Source of the DNA: Cyclobacteriaceae bacterium
Lineage (GTDB): Bacteria > Bacteroidota > Bacteroidia > Cytophagales > Cyclobacteriaceae
Reading direction: 5' to 3'
Length of the DNA stretch: 64,000 bases
Assembly: GCA_025455465.1 (NCBI GenBank)
Contig: JALOMI010000003.1
Span: 1,730 to 65,729 of the forward strand
The notes under the pieces are model-generated. The model ran no database searches, had not been told where the DNA came from, and was given only the letters and a program-made list of their open reading frames with translations. The first letter of the stretch is position 1; each line of letters starts with the position of its first letter. This document shows, piece by piece, positions 19,601 through 31,123 of the stretch. The position numbers and the translations under genes are program-made.

Positions 19601-22600
19601 GATCAGTGGATCCACCGGGTGTAATCTTCAACGGAATTTCCACTTCATAAAAGTTCTGGTCGAAGTCAGTACCCAGCCGCATGAATACTACCAGGTCATC
19701 ATCTTTGGCATTCTGGCTGCTGGCATGCACAAACATTTTGATACGGCCATAGTTGAAAAAGTCCATGTCAACATTCTTGAAAATGGCGCGGGCATCGCCA
19801 TCCCTCAGGTTTTCGGCACAGACCTGAACGGATTGCTCGTTAAGTTGCCTTGGCACGGAAGAGGTGTTGTCACGATCGCGAATAAATCCAGGTGGTACAA
19901 CATAACCGGATTTCGAACTGCCCGGAGGGGAAAATGAATTTTCTTCAATGTTGACGACCGATAAGGTGAAGTTGTCAAAATCCGGTTCCGGGTCAGGCAC
20001 CAATCCAGCTTCCTGAAGACTTTCCAGGTACCTTCTCCACCGGCTTCCAATCATTCTGAATTTTGCCAGTCGCAACACCACCGGTTGTTGAAAATCAGTA
20101 AGCACCATGCGCACATAACGAATCGATTTGAAGTCATCGATATTACCGAAGCGTCCGTCAAAATTACGCACCGGTATGCGGAACAGATACCACGTTACCT
20201 GATCAGGATTATTTTCGGTGGGTACAATTTTATCAACGATGTATTTTTTACCGATATCCAGTTGGCCGGGGCGAAGGTCGATTTCATATTCGTAATACTC
20301 TTCCAACTCACTAAGGGTATTGTCGGCATTCAGGTCTTCATTGTCGGGAAGGAAGCCGTTGGATCGCGGTATATCAGAACCGCTGCTGATGGGTGTATTG
20401 TTTTCCTGCCCGTTGAAGTTTTTATACCGTTCCAGGATCTTGGCATTTTTTGCATCCAGTTCACTGCCCAGAAAAAAACCAAAGTCATCCGCTGACGGAT
20501 CGTTGAGAACGATGTTACGTGCCGTTGGATTAAGCTGATTCAGAAAGTCCTGAAATTTGTTGGTTTCATTCGCAGAGTTAATACCATCCCAGCCTACATC
20601 CTGGTTGGCACGTGCCTGGGGTGAGTTATCAAAAGCATTGGTGACATATTGCCGGCTTGTTACAAAGCCCCAATTATTTTCTACAGCAGTTGAAAGATCT
20701 CCGTCTGGTGGTAATCCGTTTTCAAAGGCATGCCGTCCATCGCGAATCACATCTTCCGAAATACTTCCTAACTGAAAGATCAGCTTGCCACCAGTCGTAT
20801 TAAAATCGTTGAAGGTGCCGTCAATAATTTTTCCGCGATCCGAGGCGTTAATAAAGGGATCGAGTAACCAGAATTCAATGAATTCGATATTGGCTTTGTC
20901 GAAGTCAACCTCAGTACGGATGGCCGTGGTGATGCCTGCCCAGTTGGAACGCGGTTCGGAAAGAAAAGCATCGGTAGTTAGTGAAGGGTTGTAATTGTAA
21001 GGCCCACGTTCGTATGGATAATAGGCCAGGTCGAGTATGCTTTCAAAGAAGGCGCCTTGAGGCGGATTGAAATTGGGAAAAATCTCTGTAGGACTGACCG
21101 CCCGCACATAATGATTCGAGAGGTCTTCACTGCTAATATTGCTGGGTCTGAAACGGCCACCTTCGCGATAGAACTGGTTATCGACAATATACCATGCCAG
21201 CTTACCGCGTTTATATCCGGCACGAACATCATTGATGGCACCGTTGCTGGGATCATAGCGATTGTCGGCTGTGCGTGGTGTGGCCGCCAGTTTCCAGCTG
21301 GCAGGATTAATCAGCGAGAACGGTGTTGCTGTGTTTTCGAAATCATCGATGTAGCCGGTGCCTTCACCATCCACAATGTTAGAGGTTCCAGGCAGCAACT
21401 GTGCAAATTCACCACTCCAATTAATGCTGGAAACTTCCTTAGTTTGAATGCCGGGTATGGCATCGATGATCTTGGTGAGCAGGCGGCTGTTCTTCCGTGC
21501 ATTGAAATCTAAACCATACTGCAGGTTGCGAGCCGGTTCCGTGCCAATGGGGTTACGCGTAATTAAGGGACGTTCGTTATAATAAAGTAATGTAGAACCT
21601 AGGCTGATATCATCATTCAGCTGATAATCAAATCGGGTACCGAGTAAGGATCGGGTTTGAAAAGCAAAAGGGTCAGCCTGTTCATATTGCACGCTGATGC
21701 TTTTTCCGGAGTTAAGAATGGCATCGCTAAGAATGGTTACGCGGCCGAAGGTGTAGTCTACGGTGTAGTCAATCCCTTCCATTAATGGTGTTCCACCGGC
21801 AAGGACGCGAACTGATCCGGGAGAAACACCAAAACCGGGAATCATGATTTCTTTGGAGGAGCCTGCGGTATAAGTGCCTTTCAGAAAGAATTTGTTTTTT
21901 GTGGCAACGAGTTCCGCATCAGCGCGGGTGGTGCGATACAAGGTATCGAACACATACTTTTTTACGAGGAAGTCTTCGTCAGGGTCACCCCGAAAGGCAT
22001 TTCGAAGTGCTGTATTGAATGGTTCGAGGAAGGGAAAGATAATCAGACCGTTTTGCGAATTGATAGTGAGTCCTTCAACAAAGTCGAAGTTACCGTCACG
22101 CTGCGGGTCATTCACTGGGTTTAGCCGGTCGAGACCGAAAATCTCAATGAGCTGACGCGTGCGGGCATTAACTCCTTCTTGAAGTTGCGGGTTATCAATA
22201 CCGGTTTTGTCATCACGATAAATAATCCGAAGTTGAAACCCTTCGCGGGTCAGCTGGCTCACATTCAATGCGTAAATGTTTTTCATCATCAAGTCCCAGG
22301 TGGGTATGATGACCCGGTTCTGATCGCGGATGCTCACCTTGCGCGGTCTTAGCATCTTCAGAAAAATCACCTCACTGTCGGGGCGGCTTGCATAGTCTTC
22401 AGATAATTCGCCTACTTTATAACTGCGACCGTTAAAAGTATATTCATAGGCCACGGCAATGGCTTCATCATTTTGCAGTTTTCGTGTCAGGGTAATGTAC
22501 CCCAGCTGCCGATGAAATGTAAATTCGGTTGGGCTGAGCATCCTGGCACCGGTGATTCGTTCATAATCGGTGCCGTTGTTCACATCACCGGCAAAGAAAT

Positions 22601-23879
22601 TATCCAGAATCAAGCTGATTTCATCAGCATTCCGGTTGACGTTGCGCAGTTCACCGAAAAGATTGTTGGCTTCGTTGGTGTTCGGCAGGTTGCCGCCTGC
22701 CGAAATAACCGAGCTGTTATAAATTCGGCTGGGTTCCGCCAGATCCATAAGGCCCACCACATTGCGCAGCGTTCGGGTATCGTTATTGCGGTTAAGGATG
22801 TATACTTCAACCCGGGTGATGTTTACGCCCGAAAATATCTGAGGAGGATTGCTCAGCCAACGTTCATAATTGTCGCGGAAGAAATGTCCCAGGAAGAAGT
22901 TACGGTTCTCATCATAGGAAGAGGCAATAATTTCAAAGGGTCTTCCCTGCCCGCTGCTTCCTCCCGGTATATCAATGGAGGCAACTTTACCGCGTTGGGT
23001 TGATGCTACCGTGGTGACAAATAGTTTTCCAAACTGCATTTGGGCCTTTACACCAAAAAGATTCTGAACACCCTGTATCAAGGTGTTGTTCAGCGGCAGG
23101 CTTACGTTACCGATTTCAAGTCGTTTTAAAATATCTTCTTTAAAGCCCGTGTACTCCACTTTCATGTTGTTCTGAAAATCGAAGGAGTTGTTATTGTCGA
23201 AGTTTGCGCTAACAGCCAGTTTTTCTCCCACCTTACCGATCACACTCATGTTGATTTGCTGGTCGAATTCAAAGCCCCCGTTACGCTGCTGGCGGATGGG
23301 GATGCTGGGGTTGTCAATGCGCTGGTAGGCAACACCAAAATCCAGCGTTACAAAACCACGTGGAATCAGTTCAACATAGCTGCCACCGAAAATTCTGTCG
23401 AGTACAGGGCTCACATAAATCTTCGGGGTTAGCCCGCGGGTGCTCAGGGGGCTCTCACCATCCAGGCTTTTTGATTTTCCCTGCCAGTAACTGCGCATCA
23501 TTTCACGCTGTTGATATTCCTTGAACTCGTTGAACGACATAGTCGTCAGCGGCCGGTAGTACATATTGCCGACCCGCTCATAAATCGTATAGTTGAGCGT
23601 AGTGTCCAGCTCGATCTCGTAATCAATTTTAGTCGGATCTTTCAGTGAGAGGGGGGACGTTGTGGTTCGGTTGGAAAACGGATCCCCGTAGCGGTCACTG
23701 AACCGGTATGTCGGTCTGCGCGAGGGGCGGTAGGGTCCTGTTCGTGTAGTGTCCTGTGCTGTTGTTCGAAGGGTATCCTGCTGCTGAAATAATGCTGCGG
23801 CCCGGAAAGGCATAAAGCATTGTCCTGCTGTGAGCAGAGTAATCGCAGCGGTTACCAACTTAAATCTTCTCAGCGACAA
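16692..23879 (-). CDS. sprA: SprA (Sov), the type IX secretion system translocon / gliding-motility outer-membrane protein
   Basis: 2395 aa giant beta-rich protein with a signal peptide and C-terminal beta-barrel-type ending ([12 protein letters not shown]). Its size and ruvA-adjacent context match SprA. The start codon is TTG at 23877-23879. Confidence 0.93.
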   Translation of the reverse strand: MSLRRFKLVTAAITLLTAGQCFMPFRAAALFQQQDTLRTTAQDTTRTGPYRPSRRPTYRFSDRYGDPFSNRTTTSPLSLKDPTKIDYEIELDTTLNYTIYERVGNMYYRPLTTMSFNEFKEYQQREMMRSYWQGKSKSLDGESPLSTRGLTPKIYVSPVLDRIFGGSYVELIPRGFVTLDFGVAYQRIDNPSIPIRQQRNGGFEFDQQINMSVIGKVGEKLAVSANFDNNNSFDFQNNMKVEYTGFKEDILKRLEIGNVSLPLNNTLIQGVQNLFGVKAQMQFGKLFVTTVASTQRGKVASIDIPGGSSGQGRPFEIIASSYDENRNFFLGHFFRDNYERWLSNPPQIFSGVNITRVEVYILNRNNDTRTLRNVVGLMDLAEPSRIYNSSVISAGGNLPNTNEANNLFGELRNVNRNADEISLILDNFFAGDVNNGTDYERITGARMLSPTEFTFHRQLGYITLTRKLQNDEAIAVAYEYTFNGRSYKVGELSEDYASRPDSEVIFLKMLRPRKVSIRDQNRVIIPTWDLMMKNIYALNVSQLTREGFQLRIIYRDDKTGIDNPQLQEGVNARTRQLIEIFGLDRLNPVNDPQRDGNFDFVEGLTINSQNGLIIFPFLEPFNTALRNAFRGDPDEDFLVKKYVFDTLYRTTRADAELVATKNKFFLKGTYTAGSSKEIMIPGFGVSPGSVRVLAGGTPLMEGIDYTVDYTFGRVTILSDAILNSGKSISVQYEQADPFAFQTRSLLGTRFDYQLNDDISLGSTLLYYNERPLITRNPIGTEPARNLQYGLDFNARKNSRLLTKIIDAIPGIQTKEVSSINWSGEFAQLLPGTSNIVDGEGTGYIDDFENTATPFSLINPASWKLAATPRTADNRYDPSNGAINDVRAGYKRGKLAWYIVDNQFYREGGRFRPSNISSEDLSNHYVRAVSPTEIFPNFNPPQGAFFESILDLAYYPYERGPYNYNPSLTTDAFLSEPRSNWAGITTAIRTEVDFDKANIEFIEFWLLDPFINASDRGKIIDGTFNDFNTTGGKLIFQLGSISEDVIRDGRHAFENGLPPDGDLSTAVENNWGFVTSRQYVTNAFDNSPQARANQDVGWDGINSANETNKFQDFLNQLNPTARNIVLNDPSADDFGFFLGSELDAKNAKILERYKNFNGQENNTPISSGSDIPRSNGFLPDNEDLNADNTLSELEEYYEYEIDLRPGQLDIGKKYIVDKIVPTENNPDQVTWYLFRIPVRNFDGRFGNIDDFKSIRYVRMVLTDFQQPVVLRLAKFRMIGSRWRRYLESLQEAGLVPDPEPDFDNFTLSVVNIEENSFSPPGSSKSGYVVPPGFIRDRDNTSSVPRQLNEQSVQVCAENLRDGDARAIFKNVDMDFFNYGRIKMFVHASSQNAKDDDLVVFMRLGTDFDQNFYEVEIPLKITPGGSTDPNVIWPKDNEFDFVLRDLYGLKARRDREQYPLDQLYPREGPQPSGKHGVRLLGRPDLSSVRLMMIGVRNPRSPDGQSYSVCIWANELRLTDFDRTAGYALNTTLNAKLADLGTVSGSLRYSTFGYGSVSSKISERTREETLSYDILGNFNVDKFLPGNHGIKIPMLVSYQKRTMNPNYDPANPDQRLDAALASFRTQEEKDAYIKLIRDTEVGRSLNFTNVRKTKVKPDARAHLWDIENIALSYRFSDNVRQNFTTTEAFRRDQGASLAYNFSPKGAGIEPFKNSEGLKAPYLQFIKDFNLSLLPTSIMVRGDLDRSFSRIIYRNNLSDSEPNYLKYFTFNRTYNVQWNLSKNLSFTYAARANALIDEPEGSINTREKRDSVMANLKRFGRMRNFDQSVTANYIIPLDKFPVTNWINAEYRYQANYGWRTGPFNRPDDPLNPDPLDLPDSLDFKHTIQNNRDQNISGRLDMVKLYNKVGFLNKINAPPRPTVPGRPQSNQAPADTVRDIPGPLKSLFRLLMSVRSINGTYTLTEGTLLPGFTQTPNLFGMDKRFNAPGWDFIFGSQDPNIRFKAAENNWLVKTTALTTPFTQTATRSLSARANVEPANDLKIQLDIKKDITDGYQEIFRFDDVANGYVSLNPNRYGSYRISTIAIGTTFRPDNNNLTSSLFNEFERNLLPVQQRFARVNPGFEYDSIGQDVLIPAFIATYTGKGVEKTSLSPFPKTPLPGWRLDYNGLTKIESFKKVFQSITISHGYNATYSVLNFSNSLQYSSTDDLGMNVPLNLYNNGIFSSVVNDDGRPVPIFVLSQVLITEQFAPLIGVNLRTKSRLTARAEYKTKRELALNVSNAQITEVNSKDVSMEMGYTKNNIKLPIKSEGRTIVLKNDVTFRLNLTVSDQSTIQRKIEELNVLTNGNINFQLRPNISYVVNQKLNVQAYFERTINDPKVSNSFRRATTRFGFQVRFSLAQ

Positions 23880-23889
23880 GCGAAGAGGC

Positions 23890-24483
23890 TTAGGCGTTTT
23901 TCAAAGCTTGTTTAACCAAATCTTCTAAAGTAACGGTATTTCCTGATTTTTTCTGGACAGTATCCACACTTTTCTCGGCAGCACTTTTAGTGATACCTAA
24001 GGTGATTAATGCTGATAACGCTTCGTTGCGCAGGGTATTGTGCCGGATGCCGGGAAATGCCGCAGAAGGCTCATCCGTGCAGTCTTTTCTGAGTTTATCT
24101 TTTAGTTCAATAATAACGCGCTGTGCGGTTTTTCCGCCAATGCCTTTGATGCGTTGAAGGGCAGCCGCATCTTCCTGCACAATGGCTGTCCGGAGTTCAT
24201 CAGCGTTCATGTAGGATAACATGACAATAGCCGTACTCGGGCCAACGCCATTCACGGCAATGAGCTGCTGAAAAAGTTTTCGCTCGGAATCCTTGCTGAA
24301 GCCATAGAGTACATGGGCGTCTTCACGTATGGCGAGATGGGTAAATAAAAAAGCATTTTCCTGTTCCTTGATTTCTGCGAAGGTCTGTAAGGAAATATGG
24401 AGGTGATAGCCGACTCCGTTTACATCAATCACCACATGTGTTGGATCCTTCTGGTAAAGCCTGCCCTTAAGAAAAGATATCAT
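23890..24483 (-). CDS. ruvA: Holliday junction branch migration complex subunit RuvA
   Basis: 197 aa. Motifs: MISFLKGRL...VIDVNGVGY, HhH motifs (LIAVNGVGPSTA and IKGIGGKTAQR), and a C-terminal domain III. Confidence 0.95.
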   Translation of the reverse strand: MISFLKGRLYQKDPTHVVIDVNGVGYHLHISLQTFAEIKEQENAFLFTHLAIREDAHVLYGFSKDSERKLFQQLIAVNGVGPSTAIVMLSYMNADELRTAIVQEDAAALQRIKGIGGKTAQRVIIELKDKLRKDCTDEPSAAFPGIRHNTLRNEALSALITLGITKSAAEKSVDTVQKKSGNTVTLEDLVKQALKNA

Positions 24484-24597
24484 AGTTACAGATTAAAAAA
24501 TGGCATCACGACTTGCAGCAGCAAGATTGATGTTTCTTTGAATAAAAACAATGTTTCCGGACACCCGGCAAGTGCGGTGTAATGCTGAAAAGACGCA

Positions 24598-26784
24598 TCA
24601 GCCCTCCATGCGCTGGGCATCAACTACCGCAATGGCCGTCATGTTGACAATTTCGCGTACAGAACTTCCTAACTGAAGAATATGAACTGGTTTTTTCATG
24701 CCCAGCAGGATCGGCCCGATGGCTTCTGCACCGCCCAGTTCCATCAACAGTTTATAAGCGATGTTGCCTGAGGCCAGGTTCGGAAAAATCAGCGTGTTGG
24801 CACCTTCATCAGCCAGGTTGCTGAACGGATAGTTTTCTCGCTGTATTTCCATGTTCAGCGCCACGTTTGCCTGGATATCTCCGTCAATGATCAGGTCGGG
24901 ATATTTTGTTTTAGCAAGCCGTACTGCTTCACGTGTTTTTTGAGGCACTTCGCCTTTGGATGAACCAAAGTTGGAATACGACAACACTGCTATGCGTGGC
25001 TCTATGTCAAAGAAGCGAACGCCCGAGGCTGTAAGGGCAATGATGTCGACCAGTTCTTGTGCATTGGGGTTGGCATTTACCGTGGTGTCAGAAAAGAAGA
25101 ACGTACCTTTTTTGTTGAGCATGATGTACATGCCGGCCACCCGGTTAACCCCTTCGGCCATGCCGATGATTTGCAGGGATGGAAGGATGGTCTTCGGGTA
25201 ATCTTTGGTTAGCCCGGATACCAGGGCATCGGCATCACCGGTCTCTACCATCATGGCGGCAAAGTAATTCCGGTCGCGCAGCAGGTTTACACAATCGCGG
25301 TAAGTAAGCCCTTTGCGCTGTCGTTTCATGAAAAGAATTTCCGCATACGTATGGATTTTTTCCTTTTCGTTCTGTGGAAAAATGATAGGACAATCCAGTT
25401 CAAGTTTATGCTCTGCAATAAGACGATCGATTTCTTCTTTGTCTCCCAGCAAGATTGGATTCGCAATGCCTTCTTCCTTAACGATTTGGGCGGCCTTCAG
25501 AATTTTGAGGTGATGGGCTTCAGCAAACACAACCCGCTTTGGTTTCTGTTTTGCACGGTCGATGATTCGGTTGATCAGTTTTTGATCGATACCGATGCGG
25601 TTGAGCAATTGCTGGTTGTATTCATTCCAGTCGGAAATCGGATGACGGGCAACACCGGATTCTATAGCAGCACGAGCAACAGCCGGTGAGATGGTTGTGA
25701 TCAGGCGCGGATCAAGCGGCTTGGGTATCAGGTACTCACGGCCGAACGAAATTTTATCGGTACCGTATGCTTTCACCACAAGCTCAGGTACCGATTCTTT
25801 CGCCAGCGCAGCAATGGCATGTACTGCCGCCAGTTTCATTGGCTCATTGATTTCTGTAGCCCGAACATCGAGCGCTCCGCGGAAGATGTAGGGGAATCCC
25901 AGTACGTTGTTCACCTGGTTCGGATGATCCGAACGCCCCGTTGCCATAATCAGGTCAGTGCGTGTGCGCATGGCGAGGTCGTAGGCGATTTCCGGGTTGG
26001 GGTTGGCCAGAGCGAAAACAATCGGATTTTTCGACATGGCAAGGATATCTTCCGGGGATAGCACATCGGCTTTGGAAAGACCAACAAATACATCGGCACC
26101 TTTCATGGCTTCCTGCAGCGTTCGTACAGGCAGGTGAGTAGCAAACGATGATTTGATGGCATCGAGATCGGTACGCTCATAGTGGATAACGCCTTTGCTG
26201 TCGCACATGATCAGGTTCTCGCGTTTAAGTCCGAGCTCAAAATAAATTTTTGAACAACTCACAGCAGCAGCTCCGGCACCATTCATCACAAGGCGGATAT
26301 CTCCGATTTTTTTTCCGATCAGTTCCAATGCATTCAGCAGGGCCGCAGCAGAAATTATGGCAGTTCCATGCTGATCGTCATGCATGATAGGTATATGCAT
26401 TTTCTTTCGGAGTTCTTCTTCAATCTTGAAGCACTCCGGTGCTTTAATATCCTCCAGGTTAACTCCGCCAAATGTTGGTTCCAGCGCTTTAACGATGTCG
26501 ATAAATTTATCCGGATCCTGTTCATTGATTTCAATATCAAACACATCGATGCCGGCAAATTTTTTAAAGAGTACGCCTTTTCCTTCCATCACCGGCTTGG
26601 CCGCTTCCGGTCCGATATTGCCCAGGCCGAGTACAGCTGTGCCGTTGGAAATCACTGCCACCAGATTTCCTTTGGCGGTGTACTTGTAAACATCATCGGT
26701 ATTGGCGGCAATTTCTTTGCACGGCTCGGCCACACCGGGTGAATAGGCCAGCGCTAAAGGCCATGAAAAAAGATTAGTAATCAA
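24598..26784 (-). CDS. maeB: NADP-dependent malic enzyme (malic enzyme domain fused to a phosphate-acetyltransferase-like domain) with a short N-terminus
   Basis: Near-identical blocks to E. coli MaeB as recalled: [76 protein letters not shown]. It begins at TTG 26782-26784. Confidence 0.9.
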   Translation of the reverse strand: MITNLFSWPLALAYSPGVAEPCKEIAANTDDVYKYTAKGNLVAVISNGTAVLGLGNIGPEAAKPVMEGKGVLFKKFAGIDVFDIEINEQDPDKFIDIVKALEPTFGGVNLEDIKAPECFKIEEELRKKMHIPIMHDDQHGTAIISAAALLNALELIGKKIGDIRLVMNGAGAAAVSCSKIYFELGLKRENLIMCDSKGVIHYERTDLDAIKSSFATHLPVRTLQEAMKGADVFVGLSKADVLSPEDILAMSKNPIVFALANPNPEIAYDLAMRTRTDLIMATGRSDHPNQVNNVLGFPYIFRGALDVRATEINEPMKLAAVHAIAALAKESVPELVVKAYGTDKISFGREYLIPKPLDPRLITTISPAVARAAIESGVARHPISDWNEYNQQLLNRIGIDQKLINRIIDRAKQKPKRVVFAEAHHLKILKAAQIVKEEGIANPILLGDKEEIDRLIAEHKLELDCPIIFPQNEKEKIHTYAEILFMKRQRKGLTYRDCVNLLRDRNYFAAMMVETGDADALVSGLTKDYPKTILPSLQIIGMAEGVNRVAGMYIMLNKKGTFFFSDTTVNANPNAQELVDIIALTASGVRFFDIEPRIAVLSYSNFGSSKGEVPQKTREAVRLAKTKYPDLIIDGDIQANVALNMEIQRENYPFSNLADEGANTLIFPNLASGNIAYKLLMELGGAEAIGPILLGMKKPVHILQLGSSVREIVNMTAIAVVDAQRMEG

Positions 26785-26840
26785 AGATAGATGTTACTTC
26801 TGGTAAACGGCTACTTGTTCTTCAACCAGTGTATTCCGGT

Positions 26841-27938
26841 TTATTTTTCGGTCAGTGTACCCAGGTCTTGTGCCGATTTAAAAGTCCATAAAATGGCTTC
26901 CAGTTCGCGGATGGTTTCCCGCTGATCTTTTCCGGGGCTGAAACAAAAGCCCTCAATGTAATAAAGCAACTGTTTCTTTTGATCTACCATGCTGTAGCTG
27001 ATGAACGGTCCGCCCATGGTGTTTGTGTTTGTTTTCCACAGGCCGCGCAGTTCCATGGCAAAGCGTTTGTTGAAATTGACCTGCGTTGCTCTTAGTGGTA
27101 TGTATGGCACACTCAACTCAGTAACCAGGTAACTGTTGGGTTCATCCGGGTCTTCAAAGAGGTATTTTTTAGCAATGCTGTTTCGCCAGGCCACCAGGCT
27201 GTCGGGTAATAACTGATATTCGCTTTCATAGGGTTTCCAGGAAATGAAGACGGATTTGTCAGCGCGTGCATCCATCTGCCGCAACCAGACAAAGTCTGGT
27301 TGTTTGTCGGCCAGTTTGAATCCGAAGGGCACGCGTATTTCCACATCATTGTCTTTGCGCAGGAAATCGGTTACGGCTTTGGTGGTGTTTGTCTTGGTCA
27401 GTGAGGAAAGCAGTCTCCTTCGTTCTACATTATTGAAGTAATCCTGAATCTGACGGCTGTTTTTCCGTAGACGATTGATCAGGTCGTCCTGCGTTGCACT
27501 GAACAGGTACATCACTTCCTGTCCGCGGGAGTATTCATCCCTGCGTGTGACAAGGTAGAACGAAGAGTCAGATCGTATTTTATCCAGGGTCTCCTGCGTG
27601 AATGATTCCTTCATGATTTGCGAACCCGCAGAATTCTGATCGAGAGTAAAAACAAATACGAGGTTTCTGATCTGTGTGAGCAGCGTGTATCCTTTTCTGG
27701 GATAGACGTAAATGATATTGAACAAGGGCTCTTCGCGGGGCAGGCCGGGTACTTCCTGCTTGAAGATTTTTCTGACTTCCCGCCCCAGTTCTCCATTCCA
27801 TTGAACGGAGTCCATGATGATGATCATGTCACCAGGTTTGCCGGTGGCTGTTGGAAGCATCTCTGTTCGCTTTTCTTCGGAGGGCGTACAGGCCATCAGG
27901 GTGATCAGGCCAAGAAAAAGAATTAACCGGACTATCAT
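26841..27938 (-). CDS. Lipoprotein of unknown function (possibly DUF4837 family)
   Basis: Lipobox LITLMAC at the N-terminus. There are no catalytic motifs. The family assignment comes from memory of the Bacteroidota gene neighbourhood only. Confidence 0.55.
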   Translation of the reverse strand: MIVRLILFLGLITLMACTPSEEKRTEMLPTATGKPGDMIIIMDSVQWNGELGREVRKIFKQEVPGLPREEPLFNIIYVYPRKGYTLLTQIRNLVFVFTLDQNSAGSQIMKESFTQETLDKIRSDSSFYLVTRRDEYSRGQEVMYLFSATQDDLINRLRKNSRQIQDYFNNVERRRLLSSLTKTNTTKAVTDFLRKDNDVEIRVPFGFKLADKQPDFVWLRQMDARADKSVFISWKPYESEYQLLPDSLVAWRNSIAKKYLFEDPDEPNSYLVTELSVPYIPLRATQVNFNKRFAMELRGLWKTNTNTMGGPFISYSMVDQKKQLLYYIEGFCFSPGKDQRETIRELEAILWTFKSAQDLGTLTEK

Positions 27939-28011
27939 GCTGCAAGTTTACACCATAATGCATTCATGGGGCTGATCGTCACAAATAATTTGTTGACTTG
28001 CTTGTCTGCAA

Positions 28012-29454
28012 TTACAGCGAGAGTATCAATTGCTGACCCGGCTTAATGTTGGTTGAGCTCAGGTTGTTCAGCTCTTTTATTTTTTCGATGGTCAGCCCTT
28101 CATATTTGCGGGAGATGCTCCACAGGGTATCGCCAGGTTGAACGATGTAGGTCTTTGAAGCAGTTAATGGAGCAGGTGCTACAGTAGTCGCTGGTTTGGG
28201 TTGTGCAGCAGCAACAACAGTAGTTCCGGCAGCAGGTTGTTTGATCCAGATCGTCAGTTGCTGGCCCGGATGAATAGTTGTACTGTTTAGCCGGTTCCAT
28301 TCTTTCAGGCTGGCAACGGTTACATTATGTCGCGCAGCAATCGCTCCGAGGTTATCCCCACTCTTAACACGATAGACAATGCGGTCGCGGCCGTAGGTGC
28401 TCACATCTGTATTTCGGGCCAGTAGTTCCAGTTCTTTGCGGCCAACTTTTGAAGCTGAATCCAGAATAGCGAGGCGGTTTTGATCCAATGCTGCTTTAGC
28501 AAATTCAGGAATGCGTATGGTGTATTTCCGGTTATTGTCAGGAATGGCATTTCTCAGGATAGACGGGTTAAGCCGCTGAAAGTCTTCCAGGCAGGAGCCG
28601 GTGAGTTGTGCCAACGTTTCCAGATGAACAAAGGTGTTGACATGCATAGTATCATAAGGCATTACAACTTCATGTTCTCCGTCAATGAAATTATGTTCTT
28701 CCAGGTAATTCATGGTATAAATCATTGCCACGAATTGGGGTACATAGGAGCGTGTTTCCCGTGGCAGCTGCGGATATACTTCCCAGAATGTTTTCTTATA
28801 CCCCGACCTGCGGATGGCCTTCTTGACGTTACCCGGACCGGCATTGTACGAAGCCAGCGCCAGTTCCCAGTCATTGAACATGTTGTATAGATCACGCAGG
28901 TAACGGCAGGCGGCTTCGGTGGATTTGTCCGGATCCATCCGGTCATCGGTATACCAGTCGGCATGCAGTCCGTAAAGTCTTCCTGTTGGGGCCATAAATT
29001 GCCATAGGCCTACAGCGCGTGCACGCGAAACAGCTTTTGGGTTAAGGCCTGATTCAATGATAGAAAGGTATTTTAACTCATCGGGTAAGCCGTATTTGGC
29101 CAGGTATTTTTCGAACAGCGGGAAGTATACATTTTTCCTGCGGATGATCATGCGGGTGTATTCCCGGTCGCGTACGGTGAAGTAGTTAATGAACGCATGA
29201 ATACGTTCGTTGTAATGCAATGGGATTGATTTTTGAATCTGTTGAAGCCTTGCTTCAATCAGTTCCGGGCTGTCATCACCAGGGATGAACTCCACATCGG
29301 AAGTGAGGTAATAAAAATTCAGGCTGGCGGAATCTTCCAGGTACGACAATTCTTCCTCTACGAGGGCCACATCGAGTGAATCGGCTACCGGTTCCTTCTG
29401 GGCGAAAAGATTAGCTGTAACGAATAGTAGTGTCGCAAAAAGTGTTCTCCGCAT
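28012..29454 (-). CDS. Membrane-bound lytic murein transglycosylase D-like protein (SLT domain plus two LysM domains)
   Basis: SLT catalytic block LSIIESGLNPKAVSRARAVGLWQFM. Two LysM repeats are present: YRVKSGDNLGAIAARHNVTVASLKEWN and YIVQPGDTLWSISRKYEGLTIEKIKELN. Confidence 0.9.
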   Translation of the reverse strand: MRRTLFATLLFVTANLFAQKEPVADSLDVALVEEELSYLEDSASLNFYYLTSDVEFIPGDDSPELIEARLQQIQKSIPLHYNERIHAFINYFTVRDREYTRMIIRRKNVYFPLFEKYLAKYGLPDELKYLSIIESGLNPKAVSRARAVGLWQFMAPTGRLYGLHADWYTDDRMDPDKSTEAACRYLRDLYNMFNDWELALASYNAGPGNVKKAIRRSGYKKTFWEVYPQLPRETRSYVPQFVAMIYTMNYLEEHNFIDGEHEVVMPYDTMHVNTFVHLETLAQLTGSCLEDFQRLNPSILRNAIPDNNRKYTIRIPEFAKAALDQNRLAILDSASKVGRKELELLARNTDVSTYGRDRIVYRVKSGDNLGAIAARHNVTVASLKEWNRLNSTTIHPGQQLTIWIKQPAAGTTVVAAAQPKPATTVAPAPLTASKTYIVQPGDTLWSISRKYEGLTIEKIKELNNLSSTNIKPGQQLILSL

Positions 29455-29455
29455 A

Positions 29456-30814
29456 TCAACTCATTTTCATCATCTGGTCAGCAAAACGCAGCAACTTCAA
29501 TTCTTCGAAATCATCAGCCAGAAGTTGTAAACCTACCGGAAGATCATCATTATCCTTACCGCAAGGTACGGAAATCCCGGGAATACCCGCCACATTGGCC
29601 GTTACCGAAAAAAGGTCGGCCAGGTACATCTCCAGCGGGTTTACTGTATGTTCGCCCAGTTTGAATGCGGTGGTGGGTGCCACGGGCATCAGCAGGAAAT
29701 CAAACTGCTTAAAAACTTCGCGCGTATGGTTGCGGATCATCCTGCGCAATTGCTGTGCCTTGGTATAAAAAGCATCGTGGTAGCGTGCGCTTAAGACAAA
29801 GGTTCCCAGTAATATCCTTCGCTGCACTTCTTTGCCAAACGCTTCACTTCTTGTTTTCTTATACAATGCGGCCAGGTCGTGAGCTTCCGCACTGCGATAG
29901 CCGTATCGCACGCCATCAAAACGCGAAAGGTTAGAGCTGGCTTCGGCTGTGGCAAGTATATAATAGGTTGGCAGGCTGTATTCCAGTAAGGGAAAATCGA
30001 TGGCTTCCGTATAGTGACCAGCCTTTTTTAACTGCTCCAACTTGCCGGCAAGAGCCTCTCTGATTTCGAGTTGTATCGACTCATCGAAAAGCGTATCCCG
30101 CAAATAGGCGATACGGTATTTTTCTTCCCCAGCCGTTAATTCCTGGCTGTAAGCAGGCACCGGTTGATGAGACACTGTGCTGTCATAGTCATCGGCACCG
30201 GCAATGATTTCCAATACCAGCCCAACGTCAGCTACATGATTGCCGAGGATGCCGATACAATCAAACGAGGAGGCGTAGGCCACCAGCCCGTAGCGAGAAA
30301 TCCGCGAATAGGTAGGCTTTAATCCGACTAATCCGCAAAAAGCAGCGGGTTGCCTTACGGAGCCACCAGTATCAGATCCAATAGAAATGTGGCACATGCC
30401 TGCCTGCACGGCTACTGCCGATCCACCGGAGGAACCACCCGGTACACGTGTTATGTCAGCTGCATTGAATACCGGTCCGTAAGCAGAGTTTTCGCGCTGA
30501 ACAGCCGTGGCATTAAATTGGGCAGTGAATCCACGCAGGATTTTACTGCCGGCCTGCAGGTGATGATCCTTATGGGAGAGTACATCTTTAAGGCCGATAA
30601 CCATACCAGCCAGTCTGCCCGCGTTGCCATTGGCAATTTTTTTATCGATTTCAATCGCACGCTGCAGAGCCTCATCGTCATACACTTCCAAAAAAGCGTT
30701 GAGATGAACTTGTGAATGAATAGCTTTTAAACAAGATTCTACCAACGCTGAGCAGGAGCGTTGACCGGTAAGGAGAGAAGATCGAATTTCCTGGAATGTG
30801 TTGTATTCCCTCAA
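29456..30814 (-). CDS. gatA: Glutamyl/aspartyl-tRNA amidotransferase subunit A, carrying an apparent internal in-frame deletion
   Basis: Collinear with GatA: GLKDV, VPGGSSGGSAVAVQAG, GSDTGGSVRQPAAFCGLVGLKPTYSRISRYGL. At 452 aa it is about 25-30 aa shorter than usual. The segment between ATAVQR and ENSAYGP is missing (see findings). Confidence 0.85.
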   Translation of the reverse strand: MREYNTFQEIRSSLLTGQRSCSALVESCLKAIHSQVHLNAFLEVYDDEALQRAIEIDKKIANGNAGRLAGMVIGLKDVLSHKDHHLQAGSKILRGFTAQFNATAVQRENSAYGPVFNAADITRVPGGSSGGSAVAVQAGMCHISIGSDTGGSVRQPAAFCGLVGLKPTYSRISRYGLVAYASSFDCIGILGNHVADVGLVLEIIAGADDYDSTVSHQPVPAYSQELTAGEEKYRIAYLRDTLFDESIQLEIREALAGKLEQLKKAGHYTEAIDFPLLEYSLPTYYILATAEASSNLSRFDGVRYGYRSAEAHDLAALYKKTRSEAFGKEVQRRILLGTFVLSARYHDAFYTKAQQLRRMIRNHTREVFKQFDFLLMPVAPTTAFKLGEHTVNPLEMYLADLFSVTANVAGIPGISVPCGKDNDDLPVGLQLLADDFEELKLLRFADQMMKMS

Positions 30815-30818
30815 TCCG

Positions 30819-31028
30819 TTAGTCTTCTAATTTTTTAGGCACTTCTTTTTCAGCCTCTTCAACTTCCTTCTTCACGTCTTTTACCGCGTCTTTAAACTCG
30901 CGTATACCGCGGCCAAGACCCTTTGCGAATTCAGGAATTTTTTTGGCACCAAAGAAAATGAGTACGGCAAGAGCAATGATAATCCACTCACTTCCGCCAG
31001 GCATGCCGAACAATAATAGGGTATTCAT
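30819..31028 (-). CDS. tatA: Twin-arginine translocase subunit TatA/E
   Basis: From the ATG at 31028 the product is 69 aa: MNTLLLFGMPGGSEWIIIALAVLIFFGAKKIPEFAKGLGRGIREFK plus an acidic tail. Confidence 0.9.
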   Translation of the reverse strand: MNTLLLFGMPGGSEWIIIALAVLIFFGAKKIPEFAKGLGRGIREFKDAVKDVKKEVEEAEKEVPKKLED

Positions 31029-31123
31029 AAGGATGATAATTAGCGTGTAAAGATAGCGTTTAAGAAAAGAACCGAAAAATAGACAAATCGGTGCCCCCGT
31101 CCTAAGAAAATGGTGTTTAGCGG

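Noticed and set aside
24484-24597. Nested short palindromes (CTTGC/GCAAG, CCGGacacCCGG) between maeB and ruvA, considered as a terminator or regulatory RNA.
   Set aside because: - The stems are 4-5 bp only.
- The T-run is displaced by more than 10 nt.
- The evidence is insufficient to call a feature.
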